Shown here one piece after another: positions 20,563 through 30,400 of a DNA stretch of 64,000 nt. A program made the translations under genes and the position numbers. The DNA is from Candidatus Zhuqueibacterota bacterium (GTDB taxonomy: Bacteria; Zhuqueibacterota; Zhuqueibacteria; Thermofontimicrobiales; Thermofontimicrobiaceae), in the NCBI GenBank assembly GCA_049322915.1, contig JBMOPW010000011.1, positions 32,001 through 96,000 of the forward strand. Direction: 5' to 3'. How positions within the stretch are numbered: position 1 is the stretch's first letter; the number at the start of each line of letters is the position of its first letter. The notes beneath the pieces are model-generated. The model was not told the origin of the DNA. It did not search any database and saw nothing but the letters and a program-made list of their open reading frames with translations.

Positions 20563-21837
20563 ATGGAGAAAAAACAACGCATCCTTGTCATCGATAATGA
20601 CCTGCATTTCATCCATACAATTCAAAAATATTTTGCTGTTGATTATACTGTAAAAACAGCATCGACTGAAAGCGAGGCGCTGTCCGGCGTCGGCGAATTC
20701 GCGCCTGATTTGATATTCATCAGCCTCTCCGCGCCGGAATTCGATGGCTTCAGCATCTGCCGGCAACTGAAAAATAGAAGGGCTTCATCAAACACCCCGA
20801 TCATTTTCGTCTCGGACCACGTTCAACTGGATGAGAAAATGAAGTGCTTCATGTCAGGCGGGATCGATTACCTCATCAAGCCTGTGGAGCAAAGCGAAAT
20901 CAACCTGCGCATCAAGACCCATCTGGAATTGAAAAATGCCCATGAGTCGGTTCAATTGTACAATCAAAAACTGAAGGAGTTGCTGGAGGAACGCACCAGG
21001 GATTTGATCAGGAGCGAGCGTCAGTCCGCAATTTGCCTGATGATTCAGGGCATCATCCACAATTTGAGAAATCCGATGGTTGGCATTCTCGGACATGCGG
21101 AGTTCATCCGAACCAGCGCCGGCGCGTTCACGAAAACGCTGGAGCGCGGCGAGCGACCCAATTCCAACGAGTGCATCCGCGTGATGGATGGGCTGATTGC
21201 TGACGCCGACTCCGTTATTACCGCCGCGAACCTGTTGAATCGCATGATCGATTCGCTGATGGTGAAGAGCCGCTCAGACAAACGCACAGAGATTGAATCC
21301 ATTGATTTGAATGAACTGCTGATGAATGAACTGGAGTTTCTCACTGCGGATTTGAAATTTAAACATTTCATCAACAAGGAAATTCACCTGAGTCCCAATC
21401 CATTATGGGTGAATGTGGTGGTCTCCGAAATTTCCCAGGTTTTTCAGAATATTTTGAGGAATGCTATCCAGGCGCTGTGGCAGAAAAAATCGGCCGCCAT
21501 TGTCATCGAGTCCGGAGGCGACGATAGCCGAGTCTGGTTCTCGGTGGCGGATAATGGCGTGGGGATCTCGCATAAAATCATCGACAGGATTTTCGATCCG
21601 TTTTTCACGACCAAACCGGCTCCGTGCGGCGTGGATTCACTCAGACCCCATGGCACCGGGCTGGGTTTGTATTCCTGTCTGGAAATTTTGAAATCCTACC
21701 GCGGCGAAATCAAAGTCGCGTCAGAGGAAGGACAGGGCGCGACATTCACCGTGTTTCTTCCGCACGCCAGCGATGAGCTCTCGCATCCCGCTGTGATTGG
21801 CGCCGATGCACTGGTGACAACCGCCCATTCCGAATGA
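20563..21837 (+). CDS. Hybrid histidine kinase with degenerate N-terminal receiver domain
   Basis: REC: ILVIDND, PDLIFIS, YLIKP; kinase boxes IHNLRNP, NILRNAIQA, DNGVG, FDPFFTTK, GTGLGL. Confidence 0.88.
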   Translation: MEKKQRILVIDNDLHFIHTIQKYFAVDYTVKTASTESEALSGVGEFAPDLIFISLSAPEFDGFSICRQLKNRRASSNTPIIFVSDHVQLDEKMKCFMSGGIDYLIKPVEQSEINLRIKTHLELKNAHESVQLYNQKLKELLEERTRDLIRSERQSAICLMIQGIIHNLRNPMVGILGHAEFIRTSAGAFTKTLERGERPNSNECIRVMDGLIADADSVITAANLLNRMIDSLMVKSRSDKRTEIESIDLNELLMNELEFLTADLKFKHFINKEIHLSPNPLWVNVVVSEISQVFQNILRNAIQALWQKKSAAIVIESGGDDSRVWFSVADNGVGISHKIIDRIFDPFFTTKPAPCGVDSLRPHGTGLGLYSCLEILKSYRGEIKVASEEGQGATFTVFLPHASDELSHPAVIGADALVTTAHSE

Positions 21838-21992
21838 TAACTGAGCGCCATCCGGCCGACCGATCATCTGCTTTAAAAACGCTCTGTCCGATGGTGATTC
21901 AACCGCTGATCCATGATGGCTGAATTCACTCATAATTTGAATGACCAGTTGAAAGCATGTTCAATAAATTTCTGACATTTTTATATCTGGAG

Positions 21993-22012
21993 TGGACGGT
22001 CGCGACCGTCCA
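21993..22012. repeat. Perfect 20-bp palindrome, REP-like
   Basis: TGGACGGTCGCGACCGTCCA, GC-rich within AT-rich intergenic DNA. Confidence 0.6.
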
Positions 22013-22091
22013 ATACCCGTATGTCCTATAATAATATAGGTGCCAAAATTTTAACTGGTCATACGTATTTTTAGTTGAACAACAGGACTGT

Positions 22092-22125
22092 AAAAACATT
22101 AAAGCCCGTCTGCACGGGCTTTAAT
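22092..22125 (-). terminator. Intrinsic terminator, likely closing the dcw/radical SAM transcript
   Basis: 12-bp stem ATTAAAGCCCGT/ACGGGCTTTAAT with an A tract on the left. Confidence 0.7.
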
Positions 22126-22399
22126 TGTTCTGGGACAAAAGTAATGTTGGTGAAACACGGAACAGATTATATTGAGGAGGACAACACGTTACATACTTTC
22201 CTTGAAACTACTCAGGTGTTCACTATTTTGAGATGCAATGGATGCCGCTGAAGCGGCTGAATTCTTCAGCGCGCAACTACTATCCCAATGCTGAAGCATG
22301 GCGCTGGTTCAAAATTGTACCAACAACACGATGTATTGTGGTGTTAAACAGCCAACCCGCCAGTTGACCAGCAAATTCCGGAATACGTGCGCCGAGTAA

Positions 22400-23995
22400 T
22401 TACATTTCCTTTTTCCAGGTCTGGATTAACCGCTCTTTCTTCAGTCCCTGTTGAATGAATTCCCAGGGAAGTTTCGCATCGGCGTCGCGGTTTTGATAGA
22501 GCAGGTGTTCAACATCAATTTCAGCCATGCGCCAGGCCGTATCCCAATCCACATTCTGGTTTATTTTTAAGTAGATGGCCTGCGCCACTTTCTGATCGCC
22601 CAATGAAAACACCCCCTGCAGGATTTCATCTTTGATACTTTTCTCAGGGAAAAGCACACCGGGCAATTTTGTAAAAACTGACTTGAGGTGCTTTCGTTTC
22701 TTCTGAATTTCTTTTGGCCGTTCCATTTTCGACCATTGGAACGGCGTGAATGGTTTGGGGATGAATGTATTCACACTGACGGACATGGTCTGCTTTTTCG
22801 ATTTCATGCGGTGGATGCGAGCCACCATGTCCGCTATGCCGACGATATCGTCCATCGTCTCGCCGGGCAGGCCGATCATGAAATATAATTTAATATGCGA
22901 CATATTCGACCCGGCGATGATTGACGCTGCGTGATAAATCTGCTCATCCGATAGTTTTTTATTAATGCGGGTGCGCATTCCTTCTGTACCGGCTTCAGGG
23001 GCGAAGCTGAGGGATTTCACCAGCCCGCGATCCAGCACGGCCATGAAATCCTCGGTGATCTTATCCAACCGGAACGAGGATAATCCCAACTCATACCCGC
23101 GATTGACCAGTTCGCTGCACAATTCATACAGCCGGGGGTAATCGGAAAGCGCCGAGCCAATCAGCCCCACGCGTTGAGCACCCTGGCCATGAGTTTCAAC
23201 CGTATCGAGAATGACTTCGATTGGAAAAATCCGAAGCGGAAAATAGACATGGCTCGCCGCGCAAAAGTGGCACAGCCGCCCGCATCCGCGACCGACTTCG
23301 ACCAGGAACATATCCCTGAAGTGAATGTCCGGGCCAATCACCGCTGAATACTGGGGCAGTTGACTTTCGAACTTGTACGCCGGTTTTTGCAGGTCCTGTC
23401 CCGGCCGGTCGAAGAAAGTCGAATGGACGCCGGGAATATCAACGAGCGAGGCCAGAAAATCCTGTCGATCAGTTCTCTCCGCCCGATGGTGCTGCAATCG
23501 CTCCATCAGTTGGACTAATTGCGGCTCGATTTCGCCGATGAACATGAAGTCAAAGAACGGCTCAACAGGCGCCGGATTGATGAAACAGATGGCGCCGCCG
23601 GCAATGACCATTGGCTCGCGCGCGTGGCGTTTTTCTGCAAACGGCTCGATTCCCGCCGACAACAACATCTCAACAACATGCGGGAAGTCCAGCTCAAACG
23701 AGACAGAGAACGCAACGACATCAAAGTGGCGAAGCTCCTGGCCTGATTCCAGAGTTCGGGTAAAACGAGGCAGGCGCGTTTCGTAAAAAGCCCGCTCGCA
23801 GCGGACATCCGGCAACTCATTCAACAGGCGATACAATGCCTGAAATCCGAGGTTGGACATTCCGACAGCATAGGAATTCGGAAATACCAGCGCGATGGAC
23901 AGTGGAGCTTCGGGCCGAACCGTTACGCTCGACTTTTCCCGCTGCAGCAGCGATTCCCTGTAGTCCCTGTAAGAATTCACCTCAGATTTTTTCAT
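22400..23995 (-). CDS. Radical SAM protein with B12-binding-like N-terminal domain
   Basis: CGRLCHFC motif, FPNSYAVGMSNLG, APEAG, LYFMIGLPGE, FIPKPFTPFQW; ATG 23995 preferred over 24031. Confidence 0.88.
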   Translation of the reverse strand: MKKSEVNSYRDYRESLLQREKSSVTVRPEAPLSIALVFPNSYAVGMSNLGFQALYRLLNELPDVRCERAFYETRLPRFTRTLESGQELRHFDVVAFSVSFELDFPHVVEMLLSAGIEPFAEKRHAREPMVIAGGAICFINPAPVEPFFDFMFIGEIEPQLVQLMERLQHHRAERTDRQDFLASLVDIPGVHSTFFDRPGQDLQKPAYKFESQLPQYSAVIGPDIHFRDMFLVEVGRGCGRLCHFCAASHVYFPLRIFPIEVILDTVETHGQGAQRVGLIGSALSDYPRLYELCSELVNRGYELGLSSFRLDKITEDFMAVLDRGLVKSLSFAPEAGTEGMRTRINKKLSDEQIYHAASIIAGSNMSHIKLYFMIGLPGETMDDIVGIADMVARIHRMKSKKQTMSVSVNTFIPKPFTPFQWSKMERPKEIQKKRKHLKSVFTKLPGVLFPEKSIKDEILQGVFSLGDQKVAQAIYLKINQNVDWDTAWRMAEIDVEHLLYQNRDADAKLPWEFIQQGLKKERLIQTWKKEM

Positions 23996-24117
23996 ACGAA
24001 CATCAATGGGAGCGCCGCGCCATTTTTTCAACGGTGACCGGTTGGGGTGTATTCATCAGAAAAAAAACACGGCGCTCCCGCCTTTTGGTGATGTGATATA
24101 TGTGAAAAGTGTTCCGC

Positions 24118-25359
24118 TTACATTTCCATGCGCCGACGCAAAAACGTGGGCAGTTCGTAATTATCGGTTTTGGAACCGCCATCGCTCTCATCCGGAAAAT
24201 CGAATTCCGGATCGCGGCTCGTTCCGTTCAATTTGATTTTTCCGTGGCCGTTGCCATTACCGTTGCCATTTCCATTACCAGAGATAGCCTCCAGCTCGCT
24301 CTGCCGCTGGTAGGTCGGAATATCCAGGTAGTCAATCGTCGTATGAATAAAATCCATCTTCTTTCGCGCGCCGGCCAGCTTCTGTTTGCGGTTGTTCTGA
24401 TTGAAACCTGTGGCAATGACCGTGACGCGGATCTGATCTTTGAACTGGTCATCGATCACAGCGCCGACAATCACATTGGCATCCTGTCCCACGGCTTCCT
24501 GAATGATACTGGCAGCAAGGTCCACTTCGCTCAGCGTGAGGTCTTCGCCGCCGGTGATATTCACTAGCAAGCCCAGCGCGCCTGCAATGGAAACCTCTTC
24601 CAGCAGCGGACTGGAAATGGCGTTTTTAGCAGCTTCGGACGCTTTGTTATCTCCCGTCGCCACAGCCGATCCCATCAACGCATCGCCCATTTCGGACATG
24701 ACCGTTTTCACATCAGCAAAATCGAGATTGATGAGTCCGGGCACGGAGATCAAATCGGAAATGCCCTTGGTCGCATTGAACAGCACGTCATCGGCCATTT
24801 GAAATGCTTTGTTCAGCCGCGTATCCTTGGAAACGATGGAAAGAAGGCGCTGGTTCGGGATCACGATGAGCGTATCAACGCGTTCCTTCAATTCCGCCAG
24901 ACCTTCCTCAGCGCGCGCCATGCGTTTGGGGCCTTCAAAGTGAAACGGTTTGGTCACAATGCCCACGGTGAGCGCGCCGAGGTCTTTGGCGATTTCAGCG
25001 ACGATGGGCGCCGCACCGGTGCCGGTGCCGCCACCCATTCCAGCGGTCACAAAAACCATATCCGTGTCTTTCAACGCATTGAACACCGCGTCTTTGTCTT
25101 CTTCCACAGCGCGACGGCCAACCTCCGGATTCGCTCCGGCGCCGAGGCCTTTGGTTGAATTTCTTCCGATCTGCAATCGAATGGGCGCTTTGCAAATATT
25201 CAGCGCCTGCAAATCGGTATTTACAGCAATAAACTCCACGCCGGTGAGCCCTGCGGAGATCATGCGATTCACTGCATTGCCCCCGGCGCCTCCAACGCCA
25301 ATCACTTTCATCTTGGCGGTTGGGGTGCTCGATTCATCAAAATTAAATGTAAGACTCAT
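24118..25359 (-). CDS. ftsZ: Cell division protein FtsZ
   Basis: [16 protein letters not shown] signature, NLDFAD, C-terminal LPTFLR. Confidence 0.99.
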   Translation of the reverse strand: MSLTFNFDESSTPTAKMKVIGVGGAGGNAVNRMISAGLTGVEFIAVNTDLQALNICKAPIRLQIGRNSTKGLGAGANPEVGRRAVEEDKDAVFNALKDTDMVFVTAGMGGGTGTGAAPIVAEIAKDLGALTVGIVTKPFHFEGPKRMARAEEGLAELKERVDTLIVIPNQRLLSIVSKDTRLNKAFQMADDVLFNATKGISDLISVPGLINLDFADVKTVMSEMGDALMGSAVATGDNKASEAAKNAISSPLLEEVSIAGALGLLVNITGGEDLTLSEVDLAASIIQEAVGQDANVIVGAVIDDQFKDQIRVTVIATGFNQNNRKQKLAGARKKMDFIHTTIDYLDIPTYQRQSELEAISGNGNGNGNGNGHGKIKLNGTSRDPEFDFPDESDGGSKTDNYELPTFLRRRMEM

Positions 25360-25605
25360 AATGTGCCCTCCCCAATTGAATGGGTCATTTTATACGCAGT
25401 CAGTATCTGTCTTTTCCTGGCTCACTGACAGTTTATTCCTCAATATGTTGTTTAATTTTTGTCCTCAAAAGACCTGGTAATTCAAAAAATTTCCACTAAA
25501 ATTACAACCGTCACCGGCCATTCACTCGCATCCGAAACCGGACAAAGCAGCCGTCGGAATTCGATGCGAAGGACGCCTTTTTCAGGTGGCCGGTGAATTG
25601 CGTTT

Positions 25606-26838
25606 CTACGAGAACCAGCCTTTCATTCGCTCCCAGACGCGATCGAAAAGGCCAATCTCGCCTTCATTCAAAATGCCATCTAATTCAGATCGACCATTGA
25701 CTGCATAGAGTATCAGGCCAACGCCAGTCGCGTGAATCGGACTTTGCGCCAGATCGATGAGTCCGACGAAGCCCTTGGGAATGCCCAGCTTCACCGGCAT
25801 GTCAAAAACCTCCTCAGCCAGTTCAACGGCGCCCGGCAGCATTGCGCCGCCGCCGGTGATCACCAGACCAGCCGTCATCATATTGGCAAATTCCGATTTC
25901 CTGATTTCGCCGGCGGCAAGTCGAAAGATCTCCTCCATGCGCGGATTGATAATATCGACCAGCAATTCCTGCGCAACGCGCCGTGGCGGCCGGTCTCCCA
26001 CGCCGGGAATCTCCACGGTTGACTCTTTTCCCTTCAGGTGGGTATGCAGGACGAGGCCGGCTTTTCGTTTGACAAGTTCCGCCTGATCCAGCGGAGTGCG
26101 CAGGCACAGGGCAATATCATGAGTCACATTGCCGCCGCCCAGAGCAACGACCGCTGTATGACGGATGCATCCCTCGAAAAACATGGCGATATCCGTAGTT
26201 CCTCCGCCGACGTCCATGACAACCACACCAAGCTCTTTTTCATCATCACTGAGCACGGAGTAGCTCGACGCCAGAGGTTCCAGAACCAGATCTTTGACAT
26301 CAAATCCAGCGCGTTCAACGCTTCGAATGATATTCTGTGCGGATGTAATGGCGCCAGTCACAATATGAACCTCAGTCTCCAATCGTACGCCCGACATGCC
26401 CAATGGATCTTTTATACCGCGCTGATCATCCACGATGAACTCCTGCGGAATGATATGAATGATCTCCCGATCGATCGGCATCACAACCGCCTTGGCCGCA
26501 TCGATCGCGCGTCGAACATCATCCTCGGTAATCTCATTATCCGGCCCGGCAACAGCAACGACGCCGCGTCCGTTGTAACTGCGGATGTGATCACCGGCGA
26601 TTCCAACGTAGACCTGATTGACCTGAATACCTGCCATCTGTTCGGCTTTTTCCACGGCTAATTCAATGGAACGAACGGTTTTTTCGAGGTTGACAACCAC
26701 GCCTTTCCGCAATCCTTCGGAGGGCGCAGTGCCAACGCCGACAATCTTTGGCAGCTCACCCTCCGAGACCTCGGCGATGATGACGCCAATTTTTGTCGTT
26801 CCAATGTCAAGGCCGGTAATAAATTCGGTACCTGCCAT
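25606..26838 (-). CDS. ftsA: Cell division protein FtsA
   Basis: GLDIGTTK, DVGGGTTD, ITGGGA; AGGAGA before ATG 26838. Confidence 0.98.
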   Translation of the reverse strand: MAGTEFITGLDIGTTKIGVIIAEVSEGELPKIVGVGTAPSEGLRKGVVVNLEKTVRSIELAVEKAEQMAGIQVNQVYVGIAGDHIRSYNGRGVVAVAGPDNEITEDDVRRAIDAAKAVVMPIDREIIHIIPQEFIVDDQRGIKDPLGMSGVRLETEVHIVTGAITSAQNIIRSVERAGFDVKDLVLEPLASSYSVLSDDEKELGVVVMDVGGGTTDIAMFFEGCIRHTAVVALGGGNVTHDIALCLRTPLDQAELVKRKAGLVLHTHLKGKESTVEIPGVGDRPPRRVAQELLVDIINPRMEEIFRLAAGEIRKSEFANMMTAGLVITGGGAMLPGAVELAEEVFDMPVKLGIPKGFVGLIDLAQSPIHATGVGLILYAVNGRSELDGILNEGEIGLFDRVWERMKGWFS

Positions 26839-26852
26839 CAGGTTTCTCCTTT

Positions 26853-27587
26853 TCACTTATATTTCACAATCACCTGGTCCTTATACCTCAAATCAAGGGC
26901 CAGTACTTTATTCAAATCACCTTGCTTTTTCAGTTGTAGGTAGACCTTTGAAAGATTAAATAATTTCTGGGCGAACATCGATTTGCCCAAAATTATCATG
27001 GCGCGCTTGCCTTTCAGGAAAAGAACGATGCCGCGATCCTGCTGAAAATGCAGCTCGGAAATTTCATGGGATAGCACAAAATCCCGGGCGCGAAGCTCAT
27101 TGAGAATGGCCGCCGCCTGTTTGATATAATGCGGTTGCTTCGGAATTCGTCCACCGGCCGGACTCTCATGGAACGATAGCCCGGTGATGACCGGCAAATC
27201 GTACAGCGCTCTGGGCGAATAGTCTTCGATGACAGTGCCATCCGGCTGGACAGCCGCGAGCAGCGAACCGCTGATGGACGCAACGAGCCGTTTTTCCTTA
27301 ATTTTTATCTTCAGCGCTGACGGAAGGAATCGACTCACGCTCACCTTTTCAACCATCGGGTTCCTTTTGATCCGGGCTTCAATTTCACCCGTGTCGACTT
27401 TAAAAATATCTTTGCCGAATTCGATTTGGGCCTGGCTCAATATTTCCATCTCAGAAACCAATTGATTATTATGCACGCGGGCAGATTTCAGAATGAACGC
27501 ATCATTCTTCCGGAACCAAACGAAGGTCAGAATAAGCATCAATGCAATGAGCGCAATGCCGGTGGATATTTTAATTATTTTTTCCAT
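26853..27587 (-). CDS. ftsQ: Cell division protein FtsQ/DivIB
   Basis: Single TM, POTRA (NPMVEKVSVSRFLPSALKIKIKE), LPVITG, DLRYKDQVIV; upstream of ftsA. Confidence 0.92.
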   Translation of the reverse strand: MEKIIKISTGIALIALMLILTFVWFRKNDAFILKSARVHNNQLVSEMEILSQAQIEFGKDIFKVDTGEIEARIKRNPMVEKVSVSRFLPSALKIKIKEKRLVASISGSLLAAVQPDGTVIEDYSPRALYDLPVITGLSFHESPAGGRIPKQPHYIKQAAAILNELRARDFVLSHEISELHFQQDRGIVLFLKGKRAMIILGKSMFAQKLFNLSKVYLQLKKQGDLNKVLALDLRYKDQVIVKYK

Positions 27588-27877
27588 GATCTGACCCCAG
27601 TAATTACTTGACTTGCTCGTGTTATCAATTGACGAGCACCTATCAATTTGCAATCATTTCTCATTTTTCAAAACTATCTTCGGGGCGCCACCGATCGGCG
27701 CTGATTATGGCGGAGAGACTGTCTCGGACCTTTCCGGTGAATTCATTGTTCAAAACAATCCGCCATTCAATGATTTCAATCAGTCGCGTTCCGACTTTTT
27801 TTTCCCCTGGAAATTAACTCGTTTCCAAGACAGTCTCCCATTGTGCCGCCCCGTGTCAAACTAAAAAACGTCCCTTT

Positions 27878-29098
27878 TTATCTTCTCTTCTTCTTCCTCA
27901 AGCTCCTGGCGTTTGCGCTGGTGACATAATTATTTCGGGAAAGAGCGACGCGCCCATTGGCGTCTCCGTTTAATTGCGACGATATATTCAACAACACGCC
28001 CACTGCAACAAAATGCACCACCAGCGAACTCCCACCGTAGCTGATGAAGGGCATGGTGATACCCGTGACCGGGAGTAAATTCAGAGCGACGCCGGCATTG
28101 AACCAGGCGAAAATGATAATCGAAGACGTCATTCCCAGCGCCAACAATTGCCCTTCACGATCCGGCGCGTGAGATGCGATCCATAATCCGCGCCACAAGA
28201 AGGCGAGGAACAAAATCAGGAGCAGGACACAGCCAATCAGGCCAATCTCTTCCCCCACGATGGAGAAGATAAAATCGGTGAAAGGCTGCGGCAGGAAATG
28301 AAGCTTCTGCCGGCTATTGCCCAAACCGACGCCGAAAAGCCCGCCATTGGCGAACGAAATCAGGGATTGCGTCACCTGCCAGGGCGGCTCCTGCAAACCG
28401 CGAACTGCGTCCACGAATTTCATGAGCCTGATTTTCTGATATGGAAATGTGGTCAGCAAAAAGCCCACCAGCGTCAGTGCAGAAATGCCAAGCCCGGCCA
28501 AGTGATAGATACTGGCGCCAGCCACAAAAATGAGCATTGTGCTGATGATGAACGTGAGCATGCCGGTGCCCAGGTCCGGTTCCATCAGAATTGGGATGAC
28601 AATGAGCGCGATGATGAACAGCGTCGGTAATAATCCTTCGCTGAAATTTTTGATCCGCTCCCCCTTCTTGACCAAGAACGTCGATAGAAAAAGAATGAGT
28701 ACGTACTTGGCGATCTCCGACGGCTGAAATACCACACCCAGCAGGTCAATGGAACGACGGCTCCCTTTGTGGAAATTGCCGGCAAACAGCACGTACATCA
28801 GCATAATGAATGTGGCCGCCATCAGCAGCGGCGCAATCCGTTGAAGGGTGTGATAATCGATTTGCATGACCAGCACCATCAGCACGAGACCCAGGAAGAG
28901 CCGGAATAACTGCTTTTCCAGAAAATAATGGCTGTTGCCAAGCGCCTCCTTCGCTTTGAAATTACTGGCGCTATAAATTGCCGCTGTGCCGTACGCCGCT
29001 AACAACAGCACGATGATGAGCAGCAGCATATCGTACTTGACCAGGCCTGTGAATAGGCGTCGTCGTGTCGGCTGCCGTTTTAACTTCAATTTTACCAA
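27878..29098 (-). CDS. ftsW: Peptidoglycan glycosyltransferase FtsW
   Basis: FQPSEIAK, EPDLGT, LPQPFTDFIFSIVGEE, PFISYGGSS. Confidence 0.96.
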   Translation of the reverse strand: MVKLKLKRQPTRRRLFTGLVKYDMLLLIIVLLLAAYGTAAIYSASNFKAKEALGNSHYFLEKQLFRLFLGLVLMVLVMQIDYHTLQRIAPLLMAATFIMLMYVLFAGNFHKGSRRSIDLLGVVFQPSEIAKYVLILFLSTFLVKKGERIKNFSEGLLPTLFIIALIVIPILMEPDLGTGMLTFIISTMLIFVAGASIYHLAGLGISALTLVGFLLTTFPYQKIRLMKFVDAVRGLQEPPWQVTQSLISFANGGLFGVGLGNSRQKLHFLPQPFTDFIFSIVGEEIGLIGCVLLLILFLAFLWRGLWIASHAPDREGQLLALGMTSSIIIFAWFNAGVALNLLPVTGITMPFISYGGSSLVVHFVAVGVLLNISSQLNGDANGRVALSRNNYVTSANARSLRKKKRR

Positions 29099-29291
29099 AT
29101 TTCAAATCCTACAATCTGATGAATGCTTTCAACTTTATTTCATACCTGCCGCCATCCCGGTTTTTGCCTGGCTGCTGGCGACTCTTGAAAAGACAATCGC
29201 CCGGTCATCGGGCGTACTGCGCACCGGTCGGATTCGACAGAACATCAGGGACAGGCTCCAACTTTTTCCTTCCTCGCAAAGTCCCCGGTAA

Positions 29292-30380
29292 TCAACGGAC
29301 CTTGAACGTGCTCAAGGTCAATAGCACAAGCAGGATTCCCACAATCCAAAATCGAATCACCACTTGTGATTCATGCCAATTCTTCAGTTCGTAATGGTGA
29401 TGCAGCGGCGCCATTTTGAACAACCGCTTTCCACCGGTTTTCCTGAAATAGTAGACCTGCAAAATAACGGACAGCGTCTCTGCAACAAAGACACCACCGA
29501 TGATGATCAAAAACAATTCCTTTTTCAGCAGAATGGCCATGGTGCCAATGGCGCCTCCCAGGGCGAGTGACCCGGTATCGCCCATGAACACCTGAGCCGG
29601 ATGACAATTGAACCAGAGAAATCCCAACGACGCGCCAATGAGCGCGGCGGAATAGACCGTCAACTCGCCGGCGCCGGGCAGATGGACGATATTCAGGTAA
29701 TCGCTCAACACGGCGTTTCCTGTAATGTAGCTGATGCCGGCCCAGGCCATGGCGGTGATCCCAACCAGGCCAATGGCCAGACCATCCAGCCCATCGGTCA
29801 GATTGACGGCATTCGATGTGGCCGTGATGATGAAAACCACGACCGGGATGTACAGGTACCCAAAATCAATCATATAATTTTTGAAAAATGGCACCGTGGA
29901 CAGGGTTCGAAATTCTTTCATGTCGGGATGAAAATAAAGCACACTGCCGATGATCAATCCCAGCGCAACCTGTCCGACCATTTTGTAGCGGCCGATAAGC
30001 CCCTTTGGTTTTTTCTTCACAACCTTCAAAAAATCATCGAGGAAACCGACAAGCCCCATCCACACGGTGGCCAGGATAATGAGCAGCACATAGACATTGT
30101 CCAGCCGGGCGAACAGCAACGTCGGGATCAGGATCGAAATCAGGACGATCATTCCCCCCATCGTCGGCGTTCCAGCCTTTTTCAAATGCGTCTGCGGTCC
30201 GTCCGTGCGCACTTTTTCGCCGATCTGTTTTCTCTTCAGCATATTGATAATGAGGGGCCCGATAAAGAAACTAATCAGCAGCGCGAAAATCGCTGCAGAA
30301 GCAGAGCGAAACGTAATATATCTAAAAATGTTGAAGCCGGAAATTACGTCTCTCAGCGGGTACAGTAAGTGATAGAACAT
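29292..30380 (-). CDS. mraY: Phospho-N-acetylmuramoyl-pentapeptide transferase
   Basis: KAGTPTMGG, NAVNLTDGLDG, VFMGDTGS, MAPLHHH. Confidence 0.99.
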   Translation of the reverse strand: MFYHLLYPLRDVISGFNIFRYITFRSASAAIFALLISFFIGPLIINMLKRKQIGEKVRTDGPQTHLKKAGTPTMGGMIVLISILIPTLLFARLDNVYVLLIILATVWMGLVGFLDDFLKVVKKKPKGLIGRYKMVGQVALGLIIGSVLYFHPDMKEFRTLSTVPFFKNYMIDFGYLYIPVVVFIITATSNAVNLTDGLDGLAIGLVGITAMAWAGISYITGNAVLSDYLNIVHLPGAGELTVYSAALIGASLGFLWFNCHPAQVFMGDTGSLALGGAIGTMAILLKKELFLIIIGGVFVAETLSVILQVYYFRKTGGKRLFKMAPLHHHYELKNWHESQVVIRFWIVGILLVLLTLSTFKVR

Positions 30381-30400
30381 TCGTTCATCCCTGTGATAAA

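Noticed and set aside
22031..22045. sigma54-like TGGCACCTATATTAT on the minus strand
   Set aside because: No GC at -12 and no sense gene downstream.
22309..22323. sigma54-like TGGTACAATTTTGA on the minus strand
   Set aside because: Spacing is one base short and the -12 is GA.
24241..24279. Tandem CCGTTG/CCATT(A/T) repeats
   Set aside because: They encode the Asn-Gly linker of FtsZ and are not an independent repeat or CRISPR.
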